From an uncultured Gammaproteobacteria bacterium (GTDB lineage Bacteria; Patescibacteriota; Microgenomatia; UBA8517): a stretch of DNA of 64,000 bases. Each line of letters opens with the position of its first letter. Positions within the stretch are counted from its first letter, which is position 1. The stretch lies in the NCBI GenBank assembly GCA_964583105.1, contig CAZOUV010000003.1, positions 14,946 to 78,945 on the forward strand, written 5' to 3'. Below, one piece after another: positions 44,239-54,376 of the stretch. A program made the position numbers and the translations under genes. Below the pieces are notes generated by a model. That model worked only from the letters and a program-made list of their open reading frames with translations. It searched no databases and was not told where the DNA came from.

Positions 44239-45218
44239 AAAAAAGAGTATTTTCAGGTACAAGAGCAACCGGAAGGTTGCATTTGGGTAATTATCTTGGA
44301 GCCGTAAAAGGTTACCTTGAACTTCAGGATAATTCCAATTATGAAACCATTTATATGGTTATGGATTTGCATGCCATAACGACACCGTTTGACAAAGAAA
44401 AACTATCCAATAATACAAAAAACGTAATTATGGATTATCTGGCCTGTGGTCTTGATCCTGAAAAATCTATAATTACTGTTCAATCTTTGGTTCCGGAACA
44501 CACTTATTTGGCCCAAATTCTTTCCTCCGAAATAACGGTTGCCAGAATGCAGCACTTGCCTACATTTAAGGACAAGGTAAAACAATACCCCAAAAATGTT
44601 TCCATGGCCCTTCTTAATTATTCGGTTCTCATGGCTGCCGATATTCTTCTTTATAAGGCATCTTTGGTTCCCGTGGGGATTGATCAGGAACCGCATTTGG
44701 AAGTTGCCCGAGAAATTGCACGAAAAATGAACGAAAAATACGGTACGGATTTTCCTGAACCAACTAGGTTTTCAACAAAAGGAGAATATGTACCCTCATT
44801 GGTTGGAGAAGGCAAGATGAGTAAGGGCGTTGAGGGAAGCTATATAAACATTACCGATGACTTAGAAACCATCAAAAGTAGATTGGCACAGGCTCCAACC
44901 GATAGCGGGAAGGGAGATAAAATTCCCAAAGAAGGGGGAGTTGCAAACCTACTTACCTTTGTTGAGCTTTTTGAAGGAGAAGATAAAAGAAAGAAATATG
45001 AGAAAGATTATATTGGAAATGGTATTAGATACGGAGAATTAAAGGAAGAACTTGCGAAAGCCATATATAAAGAACTTAAGCCAATACAGGAAAAAAGAAA
45101 AGAATTTGAAAACAATCCTTTTTTAGTAGATGAAATAATTAAAGAAGGAGCCCAGAAAGCAAGTAGAATTGCTAAAGAAACCATTAAAGAAGTAAAAAAG
45201 AAAATTGGTCTTATTTAA
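44235..45218 (+). CDS. trpS: tryptophan--tRNA ligase
   Basis: Class Ic aaRS. The HIGH region is degenerate (GRLHLGNYLGA) and KMSKG is present; 327 aa. Confidence 0.9.
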   Translation: MKKRVFSGTRATGRLHLGNYLGAVKGYLELQDNSNYETIYMVMDLHAITTPFDKEKLSNNTKNVIMDYLACGLDPEKSIITVQSLVPEHTYLAQILSSEITVARMQHLPTFKDKVKQYPKNVSMALLNYSVLMAADILLYKASLVPVGIDQEPHLEVAREIARKMNEKYGTDFPEPTRFSTKGEYVPSLVGEGKMSKGVEGSYINITDDLETIKSRLAQAPTDSGKGDKIPKEGGVANLLTFVELFEGEDKRKKYEKDYIGNGIRYGELKEELAKAIYKELKPIQEKRKEFENNPFLVDEIIKEGAQKASRIAKETIKEVKKKIGLI

Positions 45219-45573
45219 TATGGATACTATTTCATTTGACGATTTTCAAAAGGTTGATATAAGGGTTGGAACCGTTATTAAGGCGGAAGTTCCTTCTTGG
45301 AGCCATTGGGTGATGAAAATTACTGCCGATTTGGGTCCCGAAATTGGCGAAAAAGTTTGTTTTTCAGGAATAATGAAGTTTTTTAAGCCCGTTAGTTTTG
45401 TAGGTAAACAGTTTCCTTTTGTTGTTAATTTAGAGCCTAAAAAGATTGGACCGGAGAAGGATTTTTCTGAGGTTATGATGATTATGGCCTGCCCCGGAGG
45501 AGATGACAACGACATTGCTCCTGTTTTATTTAAACTTCAGAAAAAGGTTCCAAATGGAACAAAAGTCTTTTAG
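45205..45573 (+). CDS. tRNA-binding domain protein (CsaA/Trbp111-like OB fold)
   Basis: FQKVDIRVGTVIKAE ... pattern of the MetRS C-terminal/EMAP tRNA-binding domain; 122 aa. Confidence 0.6.
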   Translation: MVLFNMDTISFDDFQKVDIRVGTVIKAEVPSWSHWVMKITADLGPEIGEKVCFSGIMKFFKPVSFVGKQFPFVVNLEPKKIGPEKDFSEVMMIMACPGGDDNDIAPVLFKLQKKVPNGTKVF

Positions 45574-47448
45574 ATGCTACAATTCCTCCGTATGAAGAAA
45601 AAGAAAGAACTCTCAAAAAGAAAGGGGGTCCAGGTTAAGATTAGAATTAATTTAAGAAGTATTCTTTTAGGCATATTTTTGCTTTTATTTATTCTTCCTG
45701 CAATTTTTTCCTTTCTTGATTTAAAAGGTGGTAGTTCCAAGGTGGAACTTTCTCAGGCCCTTTTGGATTTGAAAGAAGGAAAAATAGAAAAAGTAACCAT
45801 TCAGGAAAACAAACTTCTTTTGGGTTACAAAGATGGAAATTTAAAATATACAACCAAGGAAGAAAGCGATAGTTTTGTGTCCCTTTTAGAAAAGGTGGAT
45901 ATGGATCCTACTAAAGTAAACTACACAATTGCAGACTCAACCTTGACAAAAGCTTTTGGCGGGGTTTTGGGGACACTTCTGCCTATTCTTTTAATGATAG
46001 GGGCCTTTTATTTTATTTTTAAGCTTCAGAGTCGAGGTGCCCAGGACATTTTCTCATTTGGAAGAAGCAAAGCAAAACTTTTTGCCAAAGGAAAACAGGA
46101 TATAACTTTTAAAGACGTTGCGGGAGTAGATGATGCCAAAAAGGAACTTGAGGAAGTTGTAGATTTTCTTAAAAACCCAGCAAAGTACAGAAAGATAGGA
46201 GCAAGAACACCCAAAGGGGTGCTTCTTTTTGGTCCATCCGGAGTTGGTAAAACACTTCTTGCAAAGGCGGTTGCTGGAGAGGCCAATGTGCCGTTTTTTA
46301 GTATGGCAGGCTCTGAATTTATGGAAATGCTCGTAGGTGTGGGCGCTAGCAGAGTTCGTGATTTATTCCAAAATGCCAAAGCTTCTGCTCCATCCATTAT
46401 TTTTATAGACGAAATAGATGCAATAGGAAGGCAGCGTGGAAGAGGGCTTATGGGGGGGCACGACGAAAGAGAACAAACCTTAAATCAAATACTTGTTGAG
46501 ATGGACGGTTTTACCCCCAATGACAATGTTTTGGTAATGGCAGCAACCAACAGGGGAGATTTATTGGATCCAGCACTTCTTCGACCAGGAAGATTTGATA
46601 GAAGAGTTACTTTGGATATGCCGGACAAAGAAGGAAGACTGGCAATTCTTACGATTCACGCCAAAGGAAAGAAATTTACAAAAGGAATTAATTGGCTAAA
46701 GATTGCAGACAGAACCGTAGGTTTTTCAGGAGCAGATCTTGAAAACATGCTTAATGAAGCTGCAATTACGGCAGCAAGAAACGGCAAGGATGCAATTGAT
46801 ATGCTTGATCTGGAGGAATCTGCCACAAAGGTAAAATTAGGCCCCGCTAAGAAAAAGATTCAAACCCAAGAGGATAGAAACTTGACAGCATATCATGAAG
46901 CGGGACATGCTCTTGTTTCCCATAAACTTACTAAAACAGATCCCGTGCAAAGAATTTCCATTGTTGCCCGGGGAATGAGCTTGGGACATACGGAAATTTC
47001 TCCAGAAACGGGTGATAGAACTCACGAAACTAAAACAAGACTTACTCAGGCCATAACAGCAATGCTTGGAGGCAGGGCTGCAGAACAGATAGTATTCAAT
47101 GAACTTACCGCTGGAGCTTCTAATGACATAAAAGTTGCTACAAAATATGCAAAGGCAATGGTGGTTGATTTTGGAATGAGCCCCTTGGGACCGGTTAATT
47201 TGGGAGGAAACAGTGAAATGGGTGACTTTGGCAATTTGGAGTGGTACGAGGGCTCACAGATCTCCCCAGCCTTTGCTGAGAAGGTAGACAACGAAATATC
47301 AAAGATATTAGACAAATCCTATAAAGAAGCAGAAACGATTATTAAAAAGAACAGAAAGACTTTGGATGCAATTGTTAAAAAACTAATGGAGAAAGAAACA
47401 TTAGATAAAGATGAATTTGAGAAGATAGTTGGGAAGAAAATAGTATAA
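45574..47448 (+). CDS. ftsH: ATP-dependent zinc metalloprotease FtsH
   Basis: N-terminal TMs, AAA+ module ([24 protein letters not shown]), HEAGH zinc motif. Confidence 0.9.
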   Translation: MLQFLRMKKKKELSKRKGVQVKIRINLRSILLGIFLLLFILPAIFSFLDLKGGSSKVELSQALLDLKEGKIEKVTIQENKLLLGYKDGNLKYTTKEESDSFVSLLEKVDMDPTKVNYTIADSTLTKAFGGVLGTLLPILLMIGAFYFIFKLQSRGAQDIFSFGRSKAKLFAKGKQDITFKDVAGVDDAKKELEEVVDFLKNPAKYRKIGARTPKGVLLFGPSGVGKTLLAKAVAGEANVPFFSMAGSEFMEMLVGVGASRVRDLFQNAKASAPSIIFIDEIDAIGRQRGRGLMGGHDEREQTLNQILVEMDGFTPNDNVLVMAATNRGDLLDPALLRPGRFDRRVTLDMPDKEGRLAILTIHAKGKKFTKGINWLKIADRTVGFSGADLENMLNEAAITAARNGKDAIDMLDLEESATKVKLGPAKKKIQTQEDRNLTAYHEAGHALVSHKLTKTDPVQRISIVARGMSLGHTEISPETGDRTHETKTRLTQAITAMLGGRAAEQIVFNELTAGASNDIKVATKYAKAMVVDFGMSPLGPVNLGGNSEMGDFGNLEWYEGSQISPAFAEKVDNEISKILDKSYKEAETIIKKNRKTLDAIVKKLMEKETLDKDEFEKIVGKKIV

Positions 47449-47459
47449 TCGAGAAAATT

Positions 47460-47678
47460 ATGGTGGAATCTGAACTTAAACCAAAACAAAAAAGGAGTGA
47501 AGAAGGTAAAAAAAATGAGAAAGCACCTGTTGATTTAACTAATCTTCGTGCAGAAGTCAGAAAAGTTATTGATTTCATTAATCCAAATCCTCTATCACAA
47601 GGATGCTGTGAACCAGTTGGTTATTCACAATATGGGTCAGTGATAGACGAAGACGGCCACGATCCAGATAATGATTGA
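47460..47678 (+). CDS. small acidic hypothetical protein
   Basis: 72 aa with a Lys-rich N-terminus and an acidic C-terminus; coding status uncertain. Confidence 0.2.
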   Translation: MVESELKPKQKRSEEGKKNEKAPVDLTNLRAEVRKVIDFINPNPLSQGCCEPVGYSQYGSVIDEDGHDPDND

Positions 47679-47717
47679 TTTTGTGCTTCGCTGAATTTAA
47701 GTTAAAATAACCTCATA

Positions 47718-48611
47718 ATGAGCAAGCTTGTATTAATTGATGCCTTTGCAATTCTTCACAGAGCCTTCCATGCAATTCCTCCCTTAACCAATAAAAAAGG
47801 AGAGCCTACTAATGCCATATACGGCTTTGTTTCTATGATTTTAAGAGTGATTACGGATTTAAAGCCCGATTCTTTAGCTGTTTGTTTTGATGTTAAAGTT
47901 CCCACATTCAGACATAAAGAATTTAAAAAATATCAATCCCAAAGGCCTCCAATGGCAGATGAACTTACTGGTCAAATTCAAAAAGCAAAAGATTTTTTGA
48001 TAGCTGCAAATATCCCCATTTACCTTAAAGAAGGTTATGAAGCGGATGATCTCTTGGGAACTATTGCGAAAAAGGCAAAGGTAGACGAAGTAGTTATTGC
48101 AACAGGGGATAAAGATATACTTCAGCTTGTTGACGAAAAAATAAAAATCTATATGCCGATTGTGGGACTTTCTTCTGCCAAGCTTTTCGGAAGGGAAGAG
48201 GCCAAAGAAAGAATGGGGGTAGACCCCATACAGATTCCCGACTATAAAGCTTTAGTTGGAGACCCTTCCGATAACTATCCGGGAGTAGCAGGAATTGGTC
48301 CTAAGACAGCGATAGGACTTTTAGAGAAGTATTTAAATATTGATAAAATATATGCACATTTAAAGGATATAGAACCGAAATTAAGGGAAAAACTTGAAAG
48401 GGGTAAAAAGGATGTTATTCTCTTTCATAGGCTTGCAACTATAGTTAAAGATGTTGATATTAAAATAGACTTTGAGGAAATGAAGAAGTGGAATATTAAG
48501 TCTTCCAATGTATTAAAATTGTTTGAGGAGTTTGGTTTTAAAACTTTAACCAAAAGAATTAAGGAAGTAGGAGAAAAAATAGATCAGGAGAAACAAGGAA
48601 GTTTATTTTAA
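47718..48611 (+). CDS. 5'-3' exonuclease (Pol I N-terminal domain-like FEN)
   Basis: LVLIDAFAILHRAFHA N-terminus, acidic metal-binding clusters, and an H3TH region GIGPKTA. Confidence 0.8.
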   Translation: MSKLVLIDAFAILHRAFHAIPPLTNKKGEPTNAIYGFVSMILRVITDLKPDSLAVCFDVKVPTFRHKEFKKYQSQRPPMADELTGQIQKAKDFLIAANIPIYLKEGYEADDLLGTIAKKAKVDEVVIATGDKDILQLVDEKIKIYMPIVGLSSAKLFGREEAKERMGVDPIQIPDYKALVGDPSDNYPGVAGIGPKTAIGLLEKYLNIDKIYAHLKDIEPKLREKLERGKKDVILFHRLATIVKDVDIKIDFEEMKKWNIKSSNVLKLFEEFGFKTLTKRIKEVGEKIDQEKQGSLF

Positions 48612-48615
48612 ATAT

Positions 48616-49728
48616 ATGAAAATTGCTTTAGTTCATGATTATATAAAAGAGTTTGGGGGAGCAGAGAGGGTATTAAAAACCCTCTCCGAAATGTATCCCG
48701 ATGCTCCTATTTACACTGCATTTTGTCTAAAAGGATCCACCGCAGAAAAGGAGTTTAGAGGAAAGAAAATAATCGAAAGCAAGTTCGCTCCGATATTAAA
48801 AATCTGGAAATTATATTCTCCTTTAAGGTTTTTGATTCCTCAGATTTGGGGAAGTTTTGATTTAAGTAAGTATGACTTAGTAGTTACTTCCTCAAGTTGG
48901 TATGTTACAAGGGGTTTTAAGGTAGGGAAAAATACAAAGGTAATAGATTATTGCCACACACCCCCAAGATGGCTTTACGGATATGAAACCTCCATCGGAT
49001 TTACAAAGTACTGGCCGGTAAAGGTTTATGCCGCAATTGTTGGACATTTTATAAGAATGTTTGATTTTAAAACAGCCCAAGAAGTTAACTATTTTATAGC
49101 CAATTCAAAAAACGTTGCCGAAAGAATCAAGAAATTTTACAGGAGGGATTCAACCGTAATTTATCCTCCCTGCGATGTAGAAAAAATAATCAATTTAACC
49201 AAGGGTGTCAAAAAAGAAGATTTCTATCTTTTTGCAGGAAGAATAACGGGCGCAAAAGGAATCGAGGAAGTAATAAAGGTTTCCCAAAAAATAGGTTTTA
49301 AGGTAAAGATTGCAGGTGAAGCTTCTGGCTACTCAAAAATATTTAAGGAAAATAAAAACAAAGTTGAATTTCTGGGAAGGCTTAGTGATGAAGAACTATT
49401 TGAAACCTATGCCAAGGCAAAAGCATTTTTCGCATTGGCCCGTGATGAAGATTTCGGAATGACAGTAATTGAAGCACAAGCTGCGGGAACTCCTGTTATT
49501 GCATTTAATGGTGGAGGTTTTAAGGAAACGGTGACTAATGGGCTAACGGGTGTATTTGTAGATGAAACGAACGAAGAAGAATTAAGGAAGGCGATGGAAA
49601 GGATATCTAAAACGAAATGGAATAAGGAAAAATTAATACAAAACGCAAAAAGATTTTCCAAAGAGAACTTTATCAAAAAGATGACAAATTTTGTTAGTTC
49701 TTCTTATTATATAGCCAAGACACCTTAA
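48616..49728 (+). CDS. family 4 glycosyltransferase (GT-B)
   Basis: EDFGMTVIEAQAAGTPVIA matches the GT4 E-x7-E motif region. Confidence 0.75.
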   Translation: MKIALVHDYIKEFGGAERVLKTLSEMYPDAPIYTAFCLKGSTAEKEFRGKKIIESKFAPILKIWKLYSPLRFLIPQIWGSFDLSKYDLVVTSSSWYVTRGFKVGKNTKVIDYCHTPPRWLYGYETSIGFTKYWPVKVYAAIVGHFIRMFDFKTAQEVNYFIANSKNVAERIKKFYRRDSTVIYPPCDVEKIINLTKGVKKEDFYLFAGRITGAKGIEEVIKVSQKIGFKVKIAGEASGYSKIFKENKNKVEFLGRLSDEELFETYAKAKAFFALARDEDFGMTVIEAQAAGTPVIAFNGGGFKETVTNGLTGVFVDETNEEELRKAMERISKTKWNKEKLIQNAKRFSKENFIKKMTNFVSSSYYIAKTP

Positions 49729-49778
49729 AAATCACAGTTACCCTTCATATTTTAAAAAAATGGGTTATGAGGAGAAAT

Positions 49779-50288
49779 TTATTTATGAGTAATTGTTCTT
49801 TGACCAAATATCCACAACCAATTTTTAATATGATCCAGTTGTTTAATATCATCCAACAGATCGAATATTAAATGAGTTAAGATACCTCCCGAAGAAAGAA
49901 GCAGAAAACGGTTTTGCGTAGAAGTTGAGTAAATAAAAACGATGACGGTTAAAGTTAACCCTGCCAGATTATGAAAGATCAAACGGTTAAATTTTTTGTG
50001 ATGTATTGTGGCAAGCTCTGCGGCCTCTTTATATTTTCCTTCTTTAATTGTTTTAAAAATGAGTTTAGCTTCCGGAATACCTTTGCATGTTGTGGAGAGT
50101 GATACTAACGAGTCAAGATCAACCAAGTATGTTCCAAAAATGAATATCAAAACATTCTTTAAAAGAAGGGGGATATTAAATACAAGACTTAAAAAAAAGA
50201 ATCCCAATATTGCTATGAAGAAATGTTGGCTATAATGCCTCAAAGCCTTGTCTTTGGCAAAGTATTTGGTGTATAAAGTAGTAAACAT
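49779..50288 (-). CDS. YdjM/DUF457-family membrane-bound metal-dependent hydrolase-like protein
   Basis: 169 aa polytopic protein with His-containing motifs (HNLAGLT, THLIFDLLDD). Confidence 0.45.
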   Translation of the reverse strand: MFTTLYTKYFAKDKALRHYSQHFFIAILGFFFLSLVFNIPLLLKNVLIFIFGTYLVDLDSLVSLSTTCKGIPEAKLIFKTIKEGKYKEAAELATIHHKKFNRLIFHNLAGLTLTVIVFIYSTSTQNRFLLLSSGGILTHLIFDLLDDIKQLDHIKNWLWIFGQRTITHK

Positions 50289-51042
50289 GTCCGTAACCAG
50301 TTCAATTATAGATTCTAAGGATGATCTTGTAAAACCGAGTAAAAAGAGTTATTGGGGTTATGATTTGTCGGTTGAGATTGTTGACAGCAATAAAATATCC
50401 CAAAAAGTCAGACTCCTACCATCCGAAGAAAGGGCCGTCGCTCACGAACTTTCCGGAAAAGAACCTGTAGAGGAGGTAATTATTCTTAAAAACATCAAAA
50501 AGTCCTTAGGAAGGCTTACCACAAACCAAATAAAAGAAATCTTGGATGATATGGGTTTTAATGTGGACCCCACATTTTCGGGTAAACATTTTGCCGATTT
50601 CGAAGCGGTTATGAACATAGGCGGATATTCCGTTCCCGGGTGGGTAAAGTTTGCAAGAGCGGTTGCCAAAATTTTTCCTTCACAGGAGAAGGATTTACTT
50701 TTAAAACTTGCACCAGGTAAGGACAGACTTCATTTAAGAGTTTTTGAAATGAACGATGGAAGTTGGATGATAATTTCCCACACCGATTTTAATTGGATTA
50801 ATTTGAACATACCTAGAATATATAAAGCTCATATAAATTCCGGAGGACCGGTGGGGAGTGGAGATTATATAACAGGAACCATCATGCTCTTTGTACTTTT
50901 TAAAAAATTTGTGGAGTTTCTTAAAAGAGATAAAAACCTTCCCTATGCCGAAATAGAAATGCTCACCAGATGGGCATATAACCGAAGCCTTTCTCAAAAA
51001 CTGGGAAGAATTTTAAACATTTCTCCTGCCCTAAGTCTATAA
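50248..51042 (+). CDS. hypothetical protein
   Basis: 264 aa ORF with no recognisable motifs; the start may be an internal Met at 50284. Confidence 0.3.
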   Translation: MSLAKYLVYKVVNMSVTSSIIDSKDDLVKPSKKSYWGYDLSVEIVDSNKISQKVRLLPSEERAVAHELSGKEPVEEVIILKNIKKSLGRLTTNQIKEILDDMGFNVDPTFSGKHFADFEAVMNIGGYSVPGWVKFARAVAKIFPSQEKDLLLKLAPGKDRLHLRVFEMNDGSWMIISHTDFNWINLNIPRIYKAHINSGGPVGSGDYITGTIMLFVLFKKFVEFLKRDKNLPYAEIEMLTRWAYNRSLSQKLGRILNISPALSL

Positions 51043-51049
51043 TATTTGT

Positions 51050-51892
51050 ATGCCTGAACTTCCAGAGGTAGAAACAATAAAACTACAGCTTGAAAAATAC
51101 CTTAAAGGAAAGAAAATTATATCGGTTGATGTAAAAAACAGAAAACTATTTCGGGGGGATGAAAGTAATTTAGTTGGTGGAGAGGTTTCCACTGTTAGGA
51201 GATTTGGAAAGGTTACTTCAATTGATTTATCAAACGGTTATTCGATTCTTACACATGTTAAATTAACAGGACAATATATTTATCGTGGCCCTGAACTTAA
51301 AAACACAATTCTTTCTAAAAAAGTTATCGGCGGTATTCCGGGATTCCACACGCATGTAATTTTTAAATTTAATAAAGGCGTTCTTTACTATAATGACGTC
51401 AGACGTTTCGGTTGGGTAAGGGTAGTCAAAACACTTGATGTGGAGACAGAGCCTTTTATTAAAAAACTCGGTCCGGAACCCTTTAAGGATTTAACTCTTG
51501 ATATGTTTTCCGAAATTCTTTCCAAAACAGGACGTGCCATAAAACTTGTTCTGATGGATCAGGAAAAAATCGGGGGGGTGGGCAATATCTATGCCAATGA
51601 TGCCCTTTGGTTTGCAAAGATTAATCCTAAAAGGAAATCAAATACATTGAATCAGAAAGAAAAAGGAGACCTTTATGATGCAATACTTGAAGTTTTAAAA
51701 AACGGGCTTAAATATGGAGGAGCCAGTGAACTTGCCTTTGTTACTCCTGACGGAAAAGAAGGGGAATATCAAAAACATACGCTTGCATATGGAAACGAAG
51801 GAAGTCTGTGTCAAAGGTGTAAAAAGGAAAAAATAGAGAAATTCTTTTTGTCGGCTAGGGGAACTTACTTTTGTCCCTCGTGTCAAAAATAG
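51050..51892 (+). CDS. mutM: formamidopyrimidine-DNA glycosylase (Fpg/MutM family)
   Basis: MPELPEVE N-terminus with catalytic Pro2 and Glu3, H2TH region, C-terminal zinc finger C..C...C..C. Confidence 0.85.
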   Translation: MPELPEVETIKLQLEKYLKGKKIISVDVKNRKLFRGDESNLVGGEVSTVRRFGKVTSIDLSNGYSILTHVKLTGQYIYRGPELKNTILSKKVIGGIPGFHTHVIFKFNKGVLYYNDVRRFGWVRVVKTLDVETEPFIKKLGPEPFKDLTLDMFSEILSKTGRAIKLVLMDQEKIGGVGNIYANDALWFAKINPKRKSNTLNQKEKGDLYDAILEVLKNGLKYGGASELAFVTPDGKEGEYQKHTLAYGNEGSLCQRCKKEKIEKFFLSARGTYFCPSCQK

Positions 51893-53000
51893 TATATTTC
51901 TTAAATGTGGTGTATAAATCAAGAAGTTTTTGAGCTGTTGCCTTAGCTGAAAAACTTAAAGAATATTCATAAGTTTTTTGTGAAAGGTTGTAATAGTATT
52001 CCCTGTTTTTTAACATTTCACTTATTTTTTCGGCGATTTCTCTTGAATTCTTTTCGCAAATAAATCCCGATTTATTATCAATTACTATTTCCTCAAGACC
52101 TGAATTTTTTAAGGCTAAGGTTGGAATTCCCGATGCCATAGCTTCCAGAATGGAAAGCGGCATGACTTCGGAAAGTGAAGGTGTCACAAAAAGATGAACC
52201 GATTTGTATATTTCCGGAATAAGCTTCCTGTCGACGGTTCCCGTAAAAGTTATATTTTCTTCAAGACCCATTTTTAAAGTTTGATCCTGCATTTTTTGAA
52301 AGAGAAGTCCTGAACCCAAAATCCAGAATTTAAAATTCGGAGTTGTCTTTTTAAGATCTCTGGCAATTTTAATAAGTTCAAAAGGATTCTTTTCTCTTTC
52401 AAGCCTTCCCGTAAAAGCTAGAGTCGGGGGATTAAGAGGTTTTTCTTTAGGTTTAGCAAAAAAGTAATCTTCAACACCGTTATTTATGACAATAGTGTTT
52501 TTAATTCCGTGTTTAAGTAATCTTTTTTCGGTATTAACGGAAGGACAAATTACTCTCTTTGATTTTTGAGACATCTTAATAAGATCTTTAATTAACATCT
52601 TTGAAGTTAGGTCATAACCTCTGGGGAAATAGTAATTAAGATATTGTTCGTATTGGGTATGGGCGGTAAAAAAAAGAGGTTTATCCAGTTTTTCTGCCAT
52701 CTGCGAAGCTGCTTGCCCGATTACCAAAGGGTGATGTGTATGAATAACGTCTATTTTTAATCTTTTTAATTTTCTTAAGGATAAAAAGGGAATTCCAACA
52801 GGGTAGTTTTTGATGAATGGATTGGGCAAAGACGGATAACGGATTACGTCTTTATCTAAATCTCGATATCCAGGAAAAGACGGGGCAAGAATATATACCT
52901 TGTGACCCATTTTTCTTAAAGCCTGAGCCGTCGACGAAATATGAAAGGTTACGCCGTTTGCGGTTGGTAGATAAGACGCTGTAACAAACAAAATACGCAT
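51855..53000 (-). CDS. family 4 glycosyltransferase (GT-B)
   Basis: EVMPLSILEAMASGIPTLA GT4 motif; 381 aa. The 3' end overlaps the convergent mutM. Confidence 0.75.
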   Translation of the reverse strand: MRILFVTASYLPTANGVTFHISSTAQALRKMGHKVYILAPSFPGYRDLDKDVIRYPSLPNPFIKNYPVGIPFLSLRKLKRLKIDVIHTHHPLVIGQAASQMAEKLDKPLFFTAHTQYEQYLNYYFPRGYDLTSKMLIKDLIKMSQKSKRVICPSVNTEKRLLKHGIKNTIVINNGVEDYFFAKPKEKPLNPPTLAFTGRLEREKNPFELIKIARDLKKTTPNFKFWILGSGLLFQKMQDQTLKMGLEENITFTGTVDRKLIPEIYKSVHLFVTPSLSEVMPLSILEAMASGIPTLALKNSGLEEIVIDNKSGFICEKNSREIAEKISEMLKNREYYYNLSQKTYEYSLSFSAKATAQKLLDLYTTFKKYTIFDTRDKSKFP

Positions 53001-53023
53001 AAGGTGTATTATACTTCTTAAGT

Positions 53024-54079
53024 ATGATTAAAAGCATAAATTTGGTCAATTTTAGAAATTTTAAGAAAAAATCAATTGATTTTTCCAATGAGTTGACTGT
53101 TATTGTTGGTCCTAATGCCAGCGGTAAAACAAATATTTTGGAATCTCTATTTCTTCTTTCGTCAGGTAAAAGTTTTAAGGCACAAATTGAAGAGGAGGTG
53201 GTTAATTATTCCGCAGATATAGCAAGAGTAAAAGGGAAAACCGAAAAGGAAATATTGGAATCTGTTGTAACCAGAGGTTTTTTGGATCCGGGAAACGGAA
53301 ATCCCGAGAAAATTGCCAGAAAGAAACTGTTGGTTTCGGGAGTTCCCAAACGTTTAATTGATTTTGCTGGAAATTTCAAAGTTGTTCTATTCGGCCCCTG
53401 GGATTTGGATTTGGTTACCGAAAGCCCTTCCTTAAGAAGAAAATTTTTGGATATGGTTTTGTCTCAAGTGGATAGAGAGTATAGAAGAGCCATTCTTTCC
53501 TACGAAAAGGGCTTAAGACAGAGAAACAGACTTCTTTTTAGGATTAGAGAAGAAGGACTTTCCAGAAGCCAGCTATTATTCTGGAATCAACTTTTAATCA
53601 AAAATGGAGACTACATATCAGAAAAAAGAGAAGGCTTAATTAGTTTTATCAATTCCGAAAAGGATTTAAACAACACCAAGTTTGAAATATCTTACGATAA
53701 AAGTTCAATATCAGAAGGAAGATTAAATGAATATGCGGAAGAAGAAATTGCTGCGGCGACAACTTTAGTAGGGCCCCATAGAGATGATTTTTCTTTTAGG
53801 ATTCAAACAAATAAAAAAGAAACAAGAGACCTTGCAACTTACGGGTCACGCGGAGAGCAGAGAATGGGGATTCTCTGGTTAAAATTGAGAGAACTGGCAT
53901 ATGTTGAAGAAAAAACAAACGAAAAACCAACTCTTCTTTTAGACGATATTTTCTCAGAACTTGACCACCAGCACCGCGAAGTAGTACTATCGTTAGTAGA
54001 TAACCAACAAACCATAATAACAACAGCCGATGAACATTTTATCAAGGGTTTTGGAAAGAAAAATGTTATAAAATTATGA
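53024..54079 (+). CDS. recF: DNA replication and repair protein RecF
   Basis: Walker A GPNASGKTN, signature region and Walker B LLLDDIFSELD. Confidence 0.85.
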   Translation: MIKSINLVNFRNFKKKSIDFSNELTVIVGPNASGKTNILESLFLLSSGKSFKAQIEEEVVNYSADIARVKGKTEKEILESVVTRGFLDPGNGNPEKIARKKLLVSGVPKRLIDFAGNFKVVLFGPWDLDLVTESPSLRRKFLDMVLSQVDREYRRAILSYEKGLRQRNRLLFRIREEGLSRSQLLFWNQLLIKNGDYISEKREGLISFINSEKDLNNTKFEISYDKSSISEGRLNEYAEEEIAAATTLVGPHRDDFSFRIQTNKKETRDLATYGSRGEQRMGILWLKLRELAYVEEKTNEKPTLLLDDIFSELDHQHREVVLSLVDNQQTIITTADEHFIKGFGKKNVIKL

Positions 54080-54336
54080 TGTCAGGAGAAAGACCTCTTT
54101 ATAAAAGAAATTGGTGGAATGGTAAAAAGATAAGGATTGGGTCTTATGGAAGTGGACATAATGATCCAATAGACGAAAATCCTCCACCCGGTTTAAGTAA
54201 GGATCAACTTACTACCCAGCCTCCACGCACATTGGCTGGCGTAACTTCAGAACAACTGGAACGTTCGGTGCAAAAAGGGGGTCCTTCTACTTCAGCAGCC
54301 CACATAGAGGAAGCTCTAGAGAAAAAAGAGGACTGA
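54076..54336 (+). CDS. small hypothetical protein (GC-rich ORF)
   Basis: 86 aa; the local GC content is visibly higher than in the flanks. It lies upstream of fic. Confidence 0.2.
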   Translation: MMSGERPLYKRNWWNGKKIRIGSYGSGHNDPIDENPPPGLSKDQLTTQPPRTLAGVTSEQLERSVQKGGPSTSAAHIEEALEKKED

Positions 54337-54376
54337 TCTATTGTATTTCCCGCATTATTTGCGGTATATTTAAAGC